Assembly (NCBI GenBank): GCA_965208615.1 | Contig: CBDBPB010000007.1 | Span: forward strand, 160,001-224,000 | Source of the DNA: Spirochaetota bacterium | GTDB lineage: Bacteria > Spirochaetota > UBA6919 > CBDBPB01 | Direction of reading: 5' to 3' | DNA length: 64,000 bases | Position numbers and translations under genes: made by a program | The notes under the pieces: generated by a model | What the model saw: the letters and a program-made list of their open reading frames with translations, nothing else | The model's database searches: none | What the model was told of the DNA's origin: nothing | Shown here: positions 51,276-63,535 of the stretch, in pieces | How positions within the stretch are numbered: position 1 is the first letter of the stretch | How the letters are laid out: the number at the start of each line of letters is the position of its first letter

Positions 51276-51392
51276 TTATGGAAGAATTCATAATGTTTAT
51301 GGAGTTTTTCCATAATTTAAAAAATATAATAAATTTTAACTTCTTGTTAAATAGTCAATAATATTAATAACAAAGTTGGCATAGTTATTGGA
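51276..51392 (+). promoter_or_regulatory. Candidate enhancer pair plus sigma54 promoter
   Basis: TATGGAAGAATTCATA and TTATGGAGTTTTTCCATAA about 21 bp apart; TGGCAT-N5-TTGG at 51377-51391 (the -12 element deviates from TTGC). Confidence 0.5.
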
Positions 51393-51466
51393 TATTATTA
51401 AAACAAGTATAACTATTATCTTTGTTTAGTATAGTTATAAGATTAAAAATAAAGAAGAGTAACTAA

Positions 51467-51709
51467 ATGACTAACAATATTACTAGTAATATAACTTATA
51501 AGAATAAACTATTATACTGTCCAAACTGTATGGAGAATACATATCACGAACCTCAACAGCCTGATAACGAAATTGATAATAAGTTGTTATGCTGGTCAAA
51601 GTTAGAGGTTCAATATAGTTGTAAGCAGTGTTATCAAAGTCAGAGTCGTAATGTCTATATATTTTTTCACATAGATAGTAATAATCCTTTTAAAGTAGGC
51701 TTGGGATAA
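51467..51709 (+). CDS. Small zinc-ribbon protein
   Basis: CPNC-H and CKQC. Confidence 0.55.
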   Translation: MTNNITSNITYKNKLLYCPNCMENTYHEPQQPDNEIDNKLLCWSKLEVQYSCKQCYQSQSRNVYIFFHIDSNNPFKVGLG

Positions 51710-51830
51710 GGTTATTAGTAATTGCCCTTCTATGGATAATAATTTTCTAACGTTGAATTCTAAGAGTCCTACACTACCTTATCGTAGTTATTTAATTAAT
51801 CTTAAAACTCTCTAACAAAGAAGGCTTAAG

Positions 51831-54019
51831 TTGAAAATTAATCGTCTTAAGGACAAGATTTTCGAAAGAGAACAGCTATATAAGGCCTTATTTGATTTTA
51901 TACCCGAAGCCGTTTTAGTAATACATAACTATAGTATTATAGATTGTAATCCTAAAGCATTAGAGCTATTCAACTGCGACTATGATCAAATTATTGAAAA
52001 GCCCATATCATTTATATCCCCTAATTATCAGTCGGACAATAGGGATTCTGCAGAAGAGCTAAATAGATATATTAAAACGGCAATCAATAATAAGACAACT
52101 TCTTGTGAGTGGGAGCATTGTAAATATGATGGTACAATATTTAAGGCAGAAATATCCCTTAAGAGCCTTGATATATCAAATAATAAGTATATATTGTGGA
52201 TTGTTTAAAGATATATCTTATGTAAAAAGTATTGAACAATCATTACAAATGCGGATAATATTTGAAAACGCTATAATGGCTATATCTAACTACTTTATTA
52301 ATCGTGATATATCAAAAAGTAGACTTTGTAGTTACTGAGGGACTCCACGCCATAGGAAACTTTATTAATGTAGATATTAGCTATTTGGGAACATTTTCAG
52401 AAGATAGAAAAAAAATATTTTGTTATCATTATTGGTCATCGAGTTATCCCTTTAATAAACCAGGCCATATCTTTTGTGATGAAATTAATTGGTGGATAAA
52501 AAAACTTTATTCCTTTGAGCCGGTTATTATTAATCAGATGTCTGACCTGCCTATAGAGCTTAGCAAAGACTTGGATATTTTTAATCCTATAAAGGCTAAA
52601 TCGCTATTAATGATTCCTATGGTATATAATGATAGTCTGTTAGGCTTTATGAGTCTTGTATCCATAAATAAACCAAGAATATGGACTGATGATATTATAA
52701 CCTCAATAAAGATTATTACTGGTATTTTTACTTGTGTTTTGGCACATAAAAAGGCAAAAAAAGCTCTAATAGAGAGTAAAGACAGATATAAAACCCTTGT
52801 TGATAATATTAATGAATATATTTATAGCTTTGAATACTATGATGATAGGTTTATTAGGGCTTATCACACTAGAAAGTGTTTTGACATTACTGGTTATTTA
52901 GTGGATGAGTATATTAAAAATTCCAATTTAATTTTTGATATAGTTTATCCAGATGATAAAAATAAAATTATTTTGTTTTTTCATGAAATAAAGAAAACAT
53001 TTAAATCATCTACCATAGAGTATCGTATCCTTCATAAGGACGGCTCTATTAGGTGGATATCAAATACGTGTACTACCAGAATTAAGGAGGCCAAATTAAT
53101 TGGTATAGATGGGTTTATAGTTGATATTACAAAACGTAAACATTTTGAAACGTCGTTAAAAAGGTCTAAACAGGTTTTAAATGATACTCTTAGTCATTTG
53201 ACTAAGGCTCAGAATAGGTTGATCCAGTCTGAGAAAATGGCATCTTTGGGAAAACTCTCTACTGGAATTGCTCATGAGATAAATAATCCCGTTAATTTTA
53301 TTTATACAGCACTACCCCCGTTTAAGGAAACACTAAATCATGTTTTTTCACTTTTTGATATATGTAAGGGGTTTAAATATAATAGACAGCAAAGTATTAA
53401 CGATATAATTAATCAGCTTAAGTTATACGAAGAAAAGAGTGACTTTAATAGTACTAAAAATGATATTAATTGTTTTTTTGATATTATTTCTGAGGGTGCT
53501 AACAGAGTTATAAAGATTGTTCAGTCTATGCAACAGTTTTCTTCTGGTAATAAGGTTATGGATAGAGCTAATATTAATGAGGCTATTGATTCGATTCTTA
53601 ACTTATTGTCTAATAAGATTAAAACAAGAATTAGTATTATTAAGGATTATACAGATAACTCTATTATTGAATGCAATTTAACTCAGATATCCCAAGTGCT
53701 TATGAATATTATATCTAATTCAGTACACGCCATTGACAATAAAGGAGAGATTAAAATTAAAACAAATAGAAAAAAGTGTTCTTTTTGTATTAACATCTCG
53801 GATACAGGTTATGGTATTAATAAGAAGATTTTAAATAAAATATTTGATCCATTTTTTACTACTAAAGAAGTGGGTAAGGGTGTTGGATTAGGGCTTTTTA
53901 TTAGTTACGAACTTATTAAAAAACACCAGGGGTCTATAAACGCTGTTAGTGAGACTGGAAAAGGTACAACCTTTCAAATCCAACTGCCTATTAAGCAAAA
54001 TGATACGGTGAAACCATGA
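51831..54019 (+). CDS. PAS-GAF-PAS sensor histidine kinase, frameshifted near 52205 and 52310
   Basis: QSEKMASLG-AHEINNP, FDPFFTTK-GVGLGL; upstream PAS fragments lie in other frames. Confidence 0.85.
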
Positions 54020-55212
54020 AACAAAAACCTAAAATACTTTATATTGACGATGAAGAAATGAATCTTAAGACTTTTGAGATGACTTTTAAAAATGAGTATA
54101 ATATTATAACATCTTTTTCTGGAGAGAATGCATTAGAGAAACTTAAAAATATTGGTGAAGTTCCTGTTATTGTTACGGATCAGCGTATGGTTGGTATGTC
54201 CGGAATTGATTTATTAGAGGTTATTCGTTGTATGTATCCAAATACTATTAGGATACTCCTGACCGCCTACACCGAAAAGAATGACTTTTTTGAGGCAATT
54301 AATACAGGAAAGGTATATAGCTATATTATTAAGCCGTGGAAAAAAGAAGAGGTAAAAAAGGTTTTGGATGATAGCATTGAAAAATATTCTCTTGTTAAAG
54401 AGAATGCAAAACTTTTTGCAGAGCTTACTATTAAGAATAGGGAACTTGAACTTCAGAATGAAAAGTTAAATAAGGTATTGGATGATCTTACAAAAACGCA
54501 AAAACAGCTTCTTAATCAAGAAAAAAAGGCTGTTGTAGGATCATTAGCCGCTGGACTTGTTCATGAAATAAGAAATCAACTTAGTCCCCTATCTTTTTTG
54601 GAGCTTGTAGAAGGTGATCTATCGCCAAAAGTAAAGGAGTATATAAAGTACATTTTTGACGGCAGAAGTCGTATATTAAATATTATAGATGAGGTAAAAA
54701 GTTTAGCTAAGGATGAGTCTGTACAATACCAATTTAGCAGATACGAACTTAACGATATTATTAATGAGTCTATACTACTATCTAAAATGGATTCTGAAAA
54801 TAAGCGTAAAAATATTATTTTTGAGCCTGATTTTAATGGTTATGTTTTGGTTAATAAGAATAAGATTATACAGGTGCTTATAAACCTTATTAATAATGCT
54901 ATTCATGCAATAGAGAATACAGAAAATGGACGGGTTTTAATTAAAACAATAAAAGTTAATGATCATGTTGTTATAAAAATTATTGATAATGGTCTTGGTA
55001 TAAATAGAACTTTGCTAAATAAGATCTGGAAACCTTTTTTTTACTACTAAAGGAGAAAAAGGTACTGGGCTATGTTTAGGTATAACTAAAACGGATTATA
55101 GAAGGACATCATGGAGAAATATTTTGTAATAGTAAGTTAGGAAAGGCGAGCTTCATTTAATTTTACTCTTTTAATAGATAATAATAATATAGTTAATTCT
55201 ATTATAGAATAG
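54016..55212 (+). CDS. Hybrid receiver-histidine kinase, frameshifted at the 3' end
   Basis: REC (TDQRM), HEIRN, N box; PFF-TTKGEKGTGL continues after a T run; end approximate. Confidence 0.85.
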
Positions 55213-55311
55213 ACTAAAATAAGAAAAATATTTTATTTATACATTAAATTTTAACTATCTTATATAAAAGACTATTCTTACTCAAAAAAAGCATTTTAAT
55301 TTAACAAATTA

Positions 55312-57014
55312 ATGAATAAATATTACAGTTTTTTATTAATAATAGGTCTTTTTATTCTGATGACTACTCATTTGGCCTATGATATAACATTTAATACAGT
55401 TAATCTAACTGTGTATATTAGTTTTTTCTTATTAGGTATAGTATTATTAAGTAGCCTTAGTTATTTATTGAAAAAGGTATTGGGCAATATAAATAAAAAA
55501 CCAGGACTGTGGAGATTTAGAAAAAACTATTGGAACGCTGAATAATAAGTTTACTGAGCTTAAGGATCAACTTAGGCTTGAGCTTTCTAACAGAAAGCTA
55601 AATGACACAGCTCTTAAAGAGATAAATATCCTTTATAATAACTTATTAAGCATTATGGACGAGGGGAGTTATAGCCTTTGATAAAGACTATATAATTACT
55701 TATGTAAATAATAAGTTATGTGATCTTATTGGATATAGAAAAAATGAGATTATTAATAGAACTCCTAATTTTTTTATAGATGGCCCTGATAGGCTTAGTT
55801 TTAGTCAGAGGAAAAGCAGTTCTTACGAGCTTATTTTAAGGCATAAAGATAATAGTCCAGTTTTTGTAAAAATATCCCCAAAAACAGTATTTGATAATAA
55901 CAATAATTTTATTTCTAATTTTGTAGTTCTTAGCAACATAACAAAACAAAAAAAGGTAGAAAGTTCTATTATAGAGAGTCAACAGTTTATTTTGGCATTC
56001 TTAAAGGCTATTCCAGGAACCTTTATTATTATTGATCCTTTGGGAAAGATAATCTCTATTAATGATGTAGGCGTAAAAAGGTTTAATAAACCTTTTAGTG
56101 AGATTATTGGTAAAAATGTTTTTGATCAATTTCCTTTATTTTTACCTAAAAAGCATTATCATCAGGTTATAAAAAATAAGACTTCTGTTTATTTTATTAA
56201 TAGTTACTGTGAAACCTATTTTTATAATACCATATATCCTATTTTGCTTGATGGTTATATAAAAGAGATTGCTATATTTGCTCAGGATATAACAGAGAAA
56301 AAGAGAATTGATGATAAAAAGATTAAAAGCCAAAAAGCTGACTCTTTAACTCTATTTGGAAAAGGGATTACTCATGATTTTAAAAACGTTTTTTTCTATT
56401 ATAAGTGGCGAGCTATCGCTGTTGAAGATATATTCAAAAGATGATGAGTTATTAACGGAATGGGCTTAATAATTTAGAGCTTGGACTTAAACAGTCTGAA
56501 AGCCTTCTTGAACAATTAGAAGGTTTTATTATGGATAATAAAATGTCTAAAGTTGTTGTAAATATCCCTAAAACTTTTAAAGGATTGTCTAAGATTTTAT
56601 TTAGAAAAGAGCAATATCTATGTAAAATTTAGTGTTAATATGGGCTTGTGGCCTGTATCTATAGACATGCATCAAATTAGACAAGTTATTAATAACATTA
56701 TTATAAACGCAAAAGAGGCTATGGATAATAAAGGAAATTTTGAAGTATATGTTTTTAATAAAATTGAGCGTTATAATCTTTATAGAGAAAGTAAAAGCTG
56801 GGTTGTCATAACATTTAAGGATTATGGAAAGGGGTTAGAAAAGAAAGACTTAGAAAGGATATTTGAGCCTTATTTTACAAAAAAACCCTCTGGCACTGGG
56901 CTAGGTTTAGCTATTAGCAGTTCTATAATTGATAATCATAATGGGAGGATTGAAGTTAGTTCAAATCTAAACTATGGAACTAGCTTTTCTGTTTATTTAC
57001 CTGCATATAATTAA
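55312..57014 (+). CDS. Membrane PAS sensor histidine kinase, multiply frameshifted
   Basis: 2 TM, PAS fragments, THDFKN, QVINNIIINA, FEPYFTKK-GTGLGL. Confidence 0.75.
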
Positions 57015-57067
57015 ATATCATTAGGTTAATAGATTTTATATTACTTATTATTAAATTAGGAGACTTT

Positions 57068-57527
57068 ATGAATATAGGTATTGGTTCTGATCACGCAGGA
57101 TTTTTATTAAAATCTAGCATTATTAACTATTTTAAAAAAAAAGCTATTAGTTATACGGATTTTGGTACCGATTCTGTAGAGAGTGTAGATTATCCAGATT
57201 TTATCTTTTTGGTTGCAAAGGCGGTTTCTGAAAACAAGGTTGATAGTGGAGTTGTAATTTGTGGTTCAGGTATTGGTGCATCTATTGTAGCCAATAAGAT
57301 TAAGGGTATTCGTGCGGCTAGGTGCGAGAATGAGTATGTTGCTAGGTTTTCAAGAAGGCATAATGATGCTAATGTTTTAGCCTTAGGAGAAAGGGTTATG
57401 GGTTCTGAACTGGCTATTGCTATTATAGATGTTTGGATTAATACTGGGTTTGATGGTGGACGGCATCAAAAGAAGGTTAAATAAGATTGCTGAGTTAGAA
57501 AAGCGATTTTTAAGTGATTTTGTATAA
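57068..57527 (+). CDS. rpiB: Ribose-5-phosphate isomerase B (frameshift near the 3' end)
   Basis: GSDHAG, DYPD, CGSGIG, RHNDANVL, GGRH. Confidence 0.93.
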
Positions 57528-57545
57528 TCATAATTTTAAATAATA

Positions 57546-58421
57546 GTGGTATTTAATTTGATTAACTCAAACAGTGAACTATATGGTATTATTGGACATC
57601 CGGTGAGTCATTCTCTATCGCCAATTATGCATAATGAGGCCTTTAAATATTTAGGTCTTAATAAAATATATCTCGCTTTTAATGTTACTGATGTTGAAAA
57701 GGCTATATTGGGTGTTAAAGGGCTTAATATTGGGGGACTTAGTATTACTATACCTCATAAGTCTGATGTTATGCCCTATCTTGACTGGATCGATGATATA
57801 GCTGAAAAGATTGGCTCAGTTAATACTATTGTTAATGAGGGGGGTATATTAAAGGGATATAATACTGATGGTTATGGTGCATATATGTCTATAACAAATC
57901 ATAGTATAGACCTTAATAACAAATCCGCTTTGATTATAGGGTAATGGTGGAACTGCAAAATCTATTGCCTATACGATAATTGATCGAGTTAATTTAGAAT
58001 GCCTTTATATATTGGGGCGAAGCAAAAAGAAACTTGATATTTTTATTAATAGGTTAAATAGGCAATTTTCCAGATCAAAAGATTATACCTATTATTGAAC
58101 AGGACTTATCATTATTGGTTGAGTCTACAGAAAAGAGTTCAATAATTATTAATACAACTCCTATTGGCATGGCTCCTTTTGAGGATAGAACCCCAATAGA
58201 TTTTAACCTTATAAAGTCTTAGGCATACTGTATTTGACGTTGTTTATAAGCCTTTTAGGACTAAGCTGTTAAAAGAGTCAGTTAAAAGGAATGCCCGTAT
58301 AATCGACGGACTAGACATGTTGGTTAATCAGGGTATTATTCAGTTTGAGCTGTGGACAAATAAAAAAGCACCCGTTGAGATTATGTATAAGACTGTTTAT
58401 GACTGTGTTAATGCTAAATAG
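57546..58421 (+). CDS. aroE: Shikimate dehydrogenase, frameshifted
   Basis: GHPVSHSLSPIMHN, TIPHK, NTDG, then NTTPIGM and DGLDMLVNQG in other frames. Confidence 0.9.
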
Positions 58422-58433
58422 TTAATAATGTTT

Positions 58434-58509
58434 TAGCGGCGCAGGGATTTGAAACCCCGGACACCGTGGATTATGATTCCACTGCTCTAACCAGCTGAGC
58501 TACGCCGCC
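58434..58509 (-). tRNA. tRNA-Met(CAT), elongator type
   Basis: GGCGGCG acceptor stem, anticodon arm gtgga-atcataa-tccac; extra base(s) in the T arm are probably sequencing error. Confidence 0.88.
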
Positions 58510-58588
58510 ATAAACATATATAATTTAGAGGTAAAAACAAGTTTTATTAGTATTATGTAGATCTGCATTGTTAATGGTTAGCTTATTT

Positions 58589-58662
58589 TAGCGGGGGCAG
58601 GACTCGAACCTACGATCTTCGGGTTATGAGCCCGATGAGATAACCAACTTCTCCACCCCGCG
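58589..58662 (-). tRNA. tRNA-fMet(CAT)
   Basis: CGCGGGG with unpaired C1; three G-C pairs in the anticodon stem (tcggg-ctcataa-cccga). Confidence 0.93.
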
Positions 58663-59227
58663 ATGTTGTTTTATTAAAATAATATTTTTATTATTTAAGT
58701 CAAGTAAATTTATAATTCTTAGCTAATTATATAGTTAGATGTCTATTATGCGTTAATAGTGATTAATCGTTATATAGTCATGGGTTATGCTTTGGAATAG
58801 AATATCTTTTTATTTGCTGTTTTCATTATATGTAATATTAAAACACTTATTTATTAAGTTTAGTTGGAGCAACATAAGGATATAGTGTGGGATTATGTTA
58901 GACAATAATGATTTTTAAGGACATTGGTTTATCTATATTCTGTTATGGTGGGCTATTAGATTGTTATAGTATGTATTAACTTGTTTTTTGTATATAGTTA
59001 TAATTTAGGCATAAAATGATAATTTGTATACCTTTGTTTTGCAAGATAATAAATATTAAAAAAAACTAAACCTTATAGAAGGTTACTAATATATATAACT
59101 ACATACATAACAAGTTGTTATGATGGTAATAGCTCGGTATATTGATTTGTTATAACGTTATATTTTTATTTTAATAAAACATAAAAATATTTTTTAAGAG
59201 ATAGTTTTACTTTTTTTTTAAGATAGT

Positions 59228-59256
59228 TTGACAAATTTATTAGTTGATGTTATCTT
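59228..59256 (+). promoter_or_regulatory. Sigma70 promoter
   Basis: TTGACA-N17-TATCTT with a TG extension. Confidence 0.6.
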
Positions 59257-59341
59257 AAAGTACAACTTATAGTATTAGGACTGCTCTATCCTAATCATAT
59301 AGGTTTAATATAAAATCATATTTAATAAGGAGAAATGCGTT

Positions 59342-62300
59342 ATGAACATGAAAAAAAGAATGATTTTTCTTTTTACGACGCTGATAGCACTCTTCTTTGT
59401 TACTATACTTGTATTCTCCCAAATAGAGGGTTCTGGAACTGTTGTTAGTCCGACAGAAGATCAAACTTATTTTAAGAAATCAAGGACTACTACTGGAAAA
59501 GGTCAGGCAGGACGAAGAGGTCCTTGGAGACAAGCTTCTTGGGAAAGACGAATACAACATTTTATCCAAGCTTTAAGAAAGGGTGATAGAAAAGCATTTC
59601 TTTATGTGGAATATTCTCTTTTAGCTGGATATGACAGTAACCTTGTAATGGGTTACCCTTCCAAAAACAGAAAAAGAAGTGGAGTAATATTAAGCTTACA
59701 AAAAGAAGCAGTTAATAAAAAAACGTCTATTATTAAGATTATTACTAAAAACGATCCTAAAATTAGAAAAAAGGTTATCCACGCAACACTTAGCGGACTC
59801 TTTAATAAAGATCCAAGGGTTAGGTTAACTGCCGTAAACTTTTTAAGAAGGCTAATACCAGATCCAATTATGATTAAAGATGTCAAAAGAGCCTTGTTAA
59901 TGGAAACTGTAACTACTGAAAAGGCTAAATGGAGACCTAAAGATATAGATATTCCAAGTATAGAGAATCCAAGACTTGGCTGGGGAGCAGTAACTTATAA
60001 AAATGGTGAACTAATTCCTCTAAATAGTAAATATTATGACGGTTATGGAGAGGGGGTTAGAGGTATACTTAATGGTAATGCTAAGGGTAGATACCTGTCA
60101 GAAGGCCTATATGGAAAAGGTGAAAGAAATGACTATCCAACTGATATTATTGTAAACTATCTCGGAGATGAGGCTAAGTGGAGAGTATGGACTAAAGCTT
60201 CACTGCTTAGATATGGAGCAGATGAAAAAATAAGTGGTTTTGAAAAAATGTATGGTCTTTCTGAAACTGAGAAAATGCCAAAGTCTATATATCTTTATAT
60301 GGAGCCAAGAGCTAAAACTGAAGCACTTTATACTGCTTATCATAGTGTATGGGAAGAAATGAAAAAGCTGGAACTCTTTATTAGTAGGGCTGTTTGGTTT
60401 AATAGAATTAAAAATGGTGACCTCAATGCTATGAAATATATTAGTAAAGATACTTTTAGGGTTTTAGCTGATCAAATTGATGGAGAGAGTTTAAAATTTG
60501 TACCTATGGCATTGGCTAAAACATCTTTTAGGAAAGGTGGAGCAGATTTAATACTTAAGAATAATAGGCATATCTTTACTGAGAGTGAATATCGACAAGT
60601 TGTTGTAGGATTACTGCATAATCGTGTTACTAGTACGAGAGAGGAGTGTGCAAGGTGGTTAAAAGGACTTTTTGAGTCAAGTTTGACTAGTCATGTTGTA
60701 AAAAAAGAAATTAAAAAGGCTTTAAAAGAGGCTAGAAGAAGAGTGTTAATTGGTGATACCATTCGTGGTAGGCATTTACACGCAGAAGTTGTAGCTCCTT
60801 CTGGTCTTGACGAAATAAGCAAATGGTGGGGCGAGCTTGATGAAGTTGATACTAGTAAATGGCCTGATGATCAGAAAAGAGAAATGTTGGAGCTTTATAG
60901 AAATCAAGTTGAATATCCAGAAGAGTCTGAGATATACTTTCATAATAAACGAAAACCAGGTCAAGAACAAGAAGTAAAAAAAAGAAGATGAAATTACTAA
61001 AAAAAAAGATGTAAAAAGCGAGACTGCTGAAAAAAAAGATGTAAAAAGCGAGACTGCTGAAAAAAAAGATGTAAAAAGCGAGACTGCTGAAAAAAAAGAT
61101 GTAAAAAGCGAGACTACTGAAAAAAAAGATGTAAAAAGCGAGACTACTGAAAAAAAAGATGTAAAAAGCGAGACTGCTGAAAAAAAAGATGTAAAAAGTA
61201 AGACTACTACTATTGAACAATCTGATGATACAACTACTATTATGGATGATGTTCATCCTCTAATTAGTTCAACTGGTAATAGGAAAGCTAATTCTAGTGA
61301 GATAGAAAAATATCTTCAAAAAGATAGTTTTATTTTAAAAATGGAAACTGGAATAGATATTAATGAGCGGCCTGATTTAAAAAAAGCCGCTTCTGAGGCA
61401 GTTTTAAAAGTAGATATTGGTACACCTGATAGTGGTTCAGATTTATCCACAAAGAAGTCTGATCCTTCTAAAACAGCTGAAGAAGTTGAAGAAGACTTTA
61501 CTAGTAAAGATGCTGGTGATGAAATGCGTCCTGGCCAATCACCAGGTATTATCCCAGAAGGAAAAAAAACTAAAACTGGTGAGATCTATAAGCAGACCAG
61601 GATGATAGAAACTTTATTTTCTCTTCTTCTTGGTGATGGTAAAGACCTTCTTGAGGCATCTTATATTGATGTACAGGATGCAGTTATTTTGTGGATACAG
61701 CTAATCTTGGATGAGAAGATTCGTTTTAAGTGGTCGGCTAAATCGCAAGCTAGTTTTCCAGTTGCTTTAAAGAAAGCTGAGTCTGCTAAAGGTTCTCCAT
61801 TGACCTCTGAAGAAAAGTTATATCTTAAAGGCTTAGTGTTATATGAAGCAAAAAAATGGGCTCGTGGTAAAGTTTTGAATGATCCTAAGTTAAGTACTGT
61901 TGGTGGGTATGAGTTTATGGAGTGGTTTATTTTAGGTTCTACTGTTGCCTATGCTAGTGGGAAAAGAAAGAGTCTTCCAACTGAATATAAAACAAAGGCA
62001 TTGAGAGTTGAGCTTTGGCGTGAAAAGAATGCTGCATCTAATCTAAAAAAGCTTTGGGCTCTTACTTTGGCTGTTAGGGGAAAGTATTCAGTTAATAAGA
62101 TTAGTACTCCTCCTAGTGGTGTGATTAGCAAGTCTAAAGAAGGTTATTATAAAGAACTTCCTAGTGATGCAAAGAAACCTCTTCCACCTGCAGGAGAGTC
62201 TAACACTAAAGATTTGGTTGATAGAAAAGTAATTACTTCAGGACATGGAAAAGGTGGTTATCTTAGGTTTCATGATATTCAGGTAGGGCTGGATCAGGCT

Positions 62301-63290
62301 CAGGAAAGCGACAGCATTAAAATTGCAAATCGTTTTTATAGTTATTCTGATAAGTGGTCAAGGCATAGAAAGAGAATGATAAGAGGTCTTCTTACGGGTA
62401 TTGGTGGCAGTTATTATTTAAAAGAACATAGGCAGGATATTGACCCTGTTTTTAGAGGGGATAAAGATCCACGTAAAAGGCTAATTTTTATTCATATGCT
62501 AAGAAGGCTAATTCCTGATAAGTCTATGTATGCTACTATATTAAGGCTTATTAGAGAAGTGGAAACAGTTGATCAAAGGCCTTATTATTATAAGGATATT
62601 GTTGCAAAGACTCAAATTAAGATTGTTTTTCATGAGCTTTTAAAGCTACAGCGTCTTATAATGAGAAGAAAGTTAGTAGAAAAGATTAGAAGGGCTGAAA
62701 ATAAGAAGTTATTGGCTGAGATACCAAAAGGGGCTTTTTTATCTCTTGTTGTAAGAGTTGATGCTGAATGGGATCCTTTTAGAATACCTCTTAGAAGTCC
62801 TCTTCCTAGGTTAGATAAAAGTGGTATTTTGGCTGGTGGATATAAAGGAATGTTTTTTAATGCAAGTGATATTGATATGATTGCTGCGGGATTAAATCAT
62901 AAAAACTTTTTAGTTCAGCGAGAGGTTGCCAGGTGGATAGTTACTTTTTATAATCAGAATAGGGGTACACATATTCCTTCACCTGATAATAGTGGTTCTG
63001 GTGTAATGTATACTACGCAGTTCCTTAAATATATTGCTGAGGCTGAAGCTAAAGATATTATTTATTACGAACGAAACTATGTTAAGTGGCGGTATACAAA
63101 GGGATATACGGGTGAGCATAATGTTTCTAAGGCAACTGAATATGTAGATGATAAAAATAAGCCAATTGCCAGAGATGCTAAAATAGGTACTCCTGTTGGG
63201 AGAATCCCTGTTAGAATTGGTAGCTGGGCAGATAGAGACTTATTTAGAAAGCTTGATAGAGATCGTATTCGATTTACCGAAAATAAATAG
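59342..63290 (+). CDS. Large exported protein (about 1315 aa) with two HEAT-like modules joined by a repeat linker; split by one extra A at 60976-60983
   Basis: Signal peptide; the frame of 61242..63290 is open back to 60984; KDPRxRL-LRRLIPD occurs in both halves. Confidence 0.7.
61001..61210 (+). repeat. 30-bp tandem repeat x7 (KKDVKSETAE/TTE)
   Basis: aaaaaaagatgtaaaaagcgagact(g/a)ctga. Confidence 0.95.
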
Positions 63291-63324
63291 TTATTTATCA
63301 CTTTAATTATAAAGTTAGAAATAT

Positions 63325-63469
63325 GGTGAAGTTTATCTTCACCTTCTACCCTATGCTAATAATGGAGTATTAAAATCGATTAAAACCTTTGTTAGAGTAG
63401 TTTTATACAAGAATTAAGGTATATATTAGTTGTTGGCATAAGGTAGAGGAAATCAAGTCGGTGACTTGA
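63325..63469 (+). ncRNA. Candidate structured intergenic RNA element
   Basis: 20-bp stem 63343-63362/63430-63449 flanked by two 7-bp hairpins. Confidence 0.4.
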
Positions 63470-63535
63470 CTCTATGTTGAAGTTAGGAAAGCTAATTTCA
63501 ATTGTTAAGATTTATAAGAATGGAGGACTCAAAAA

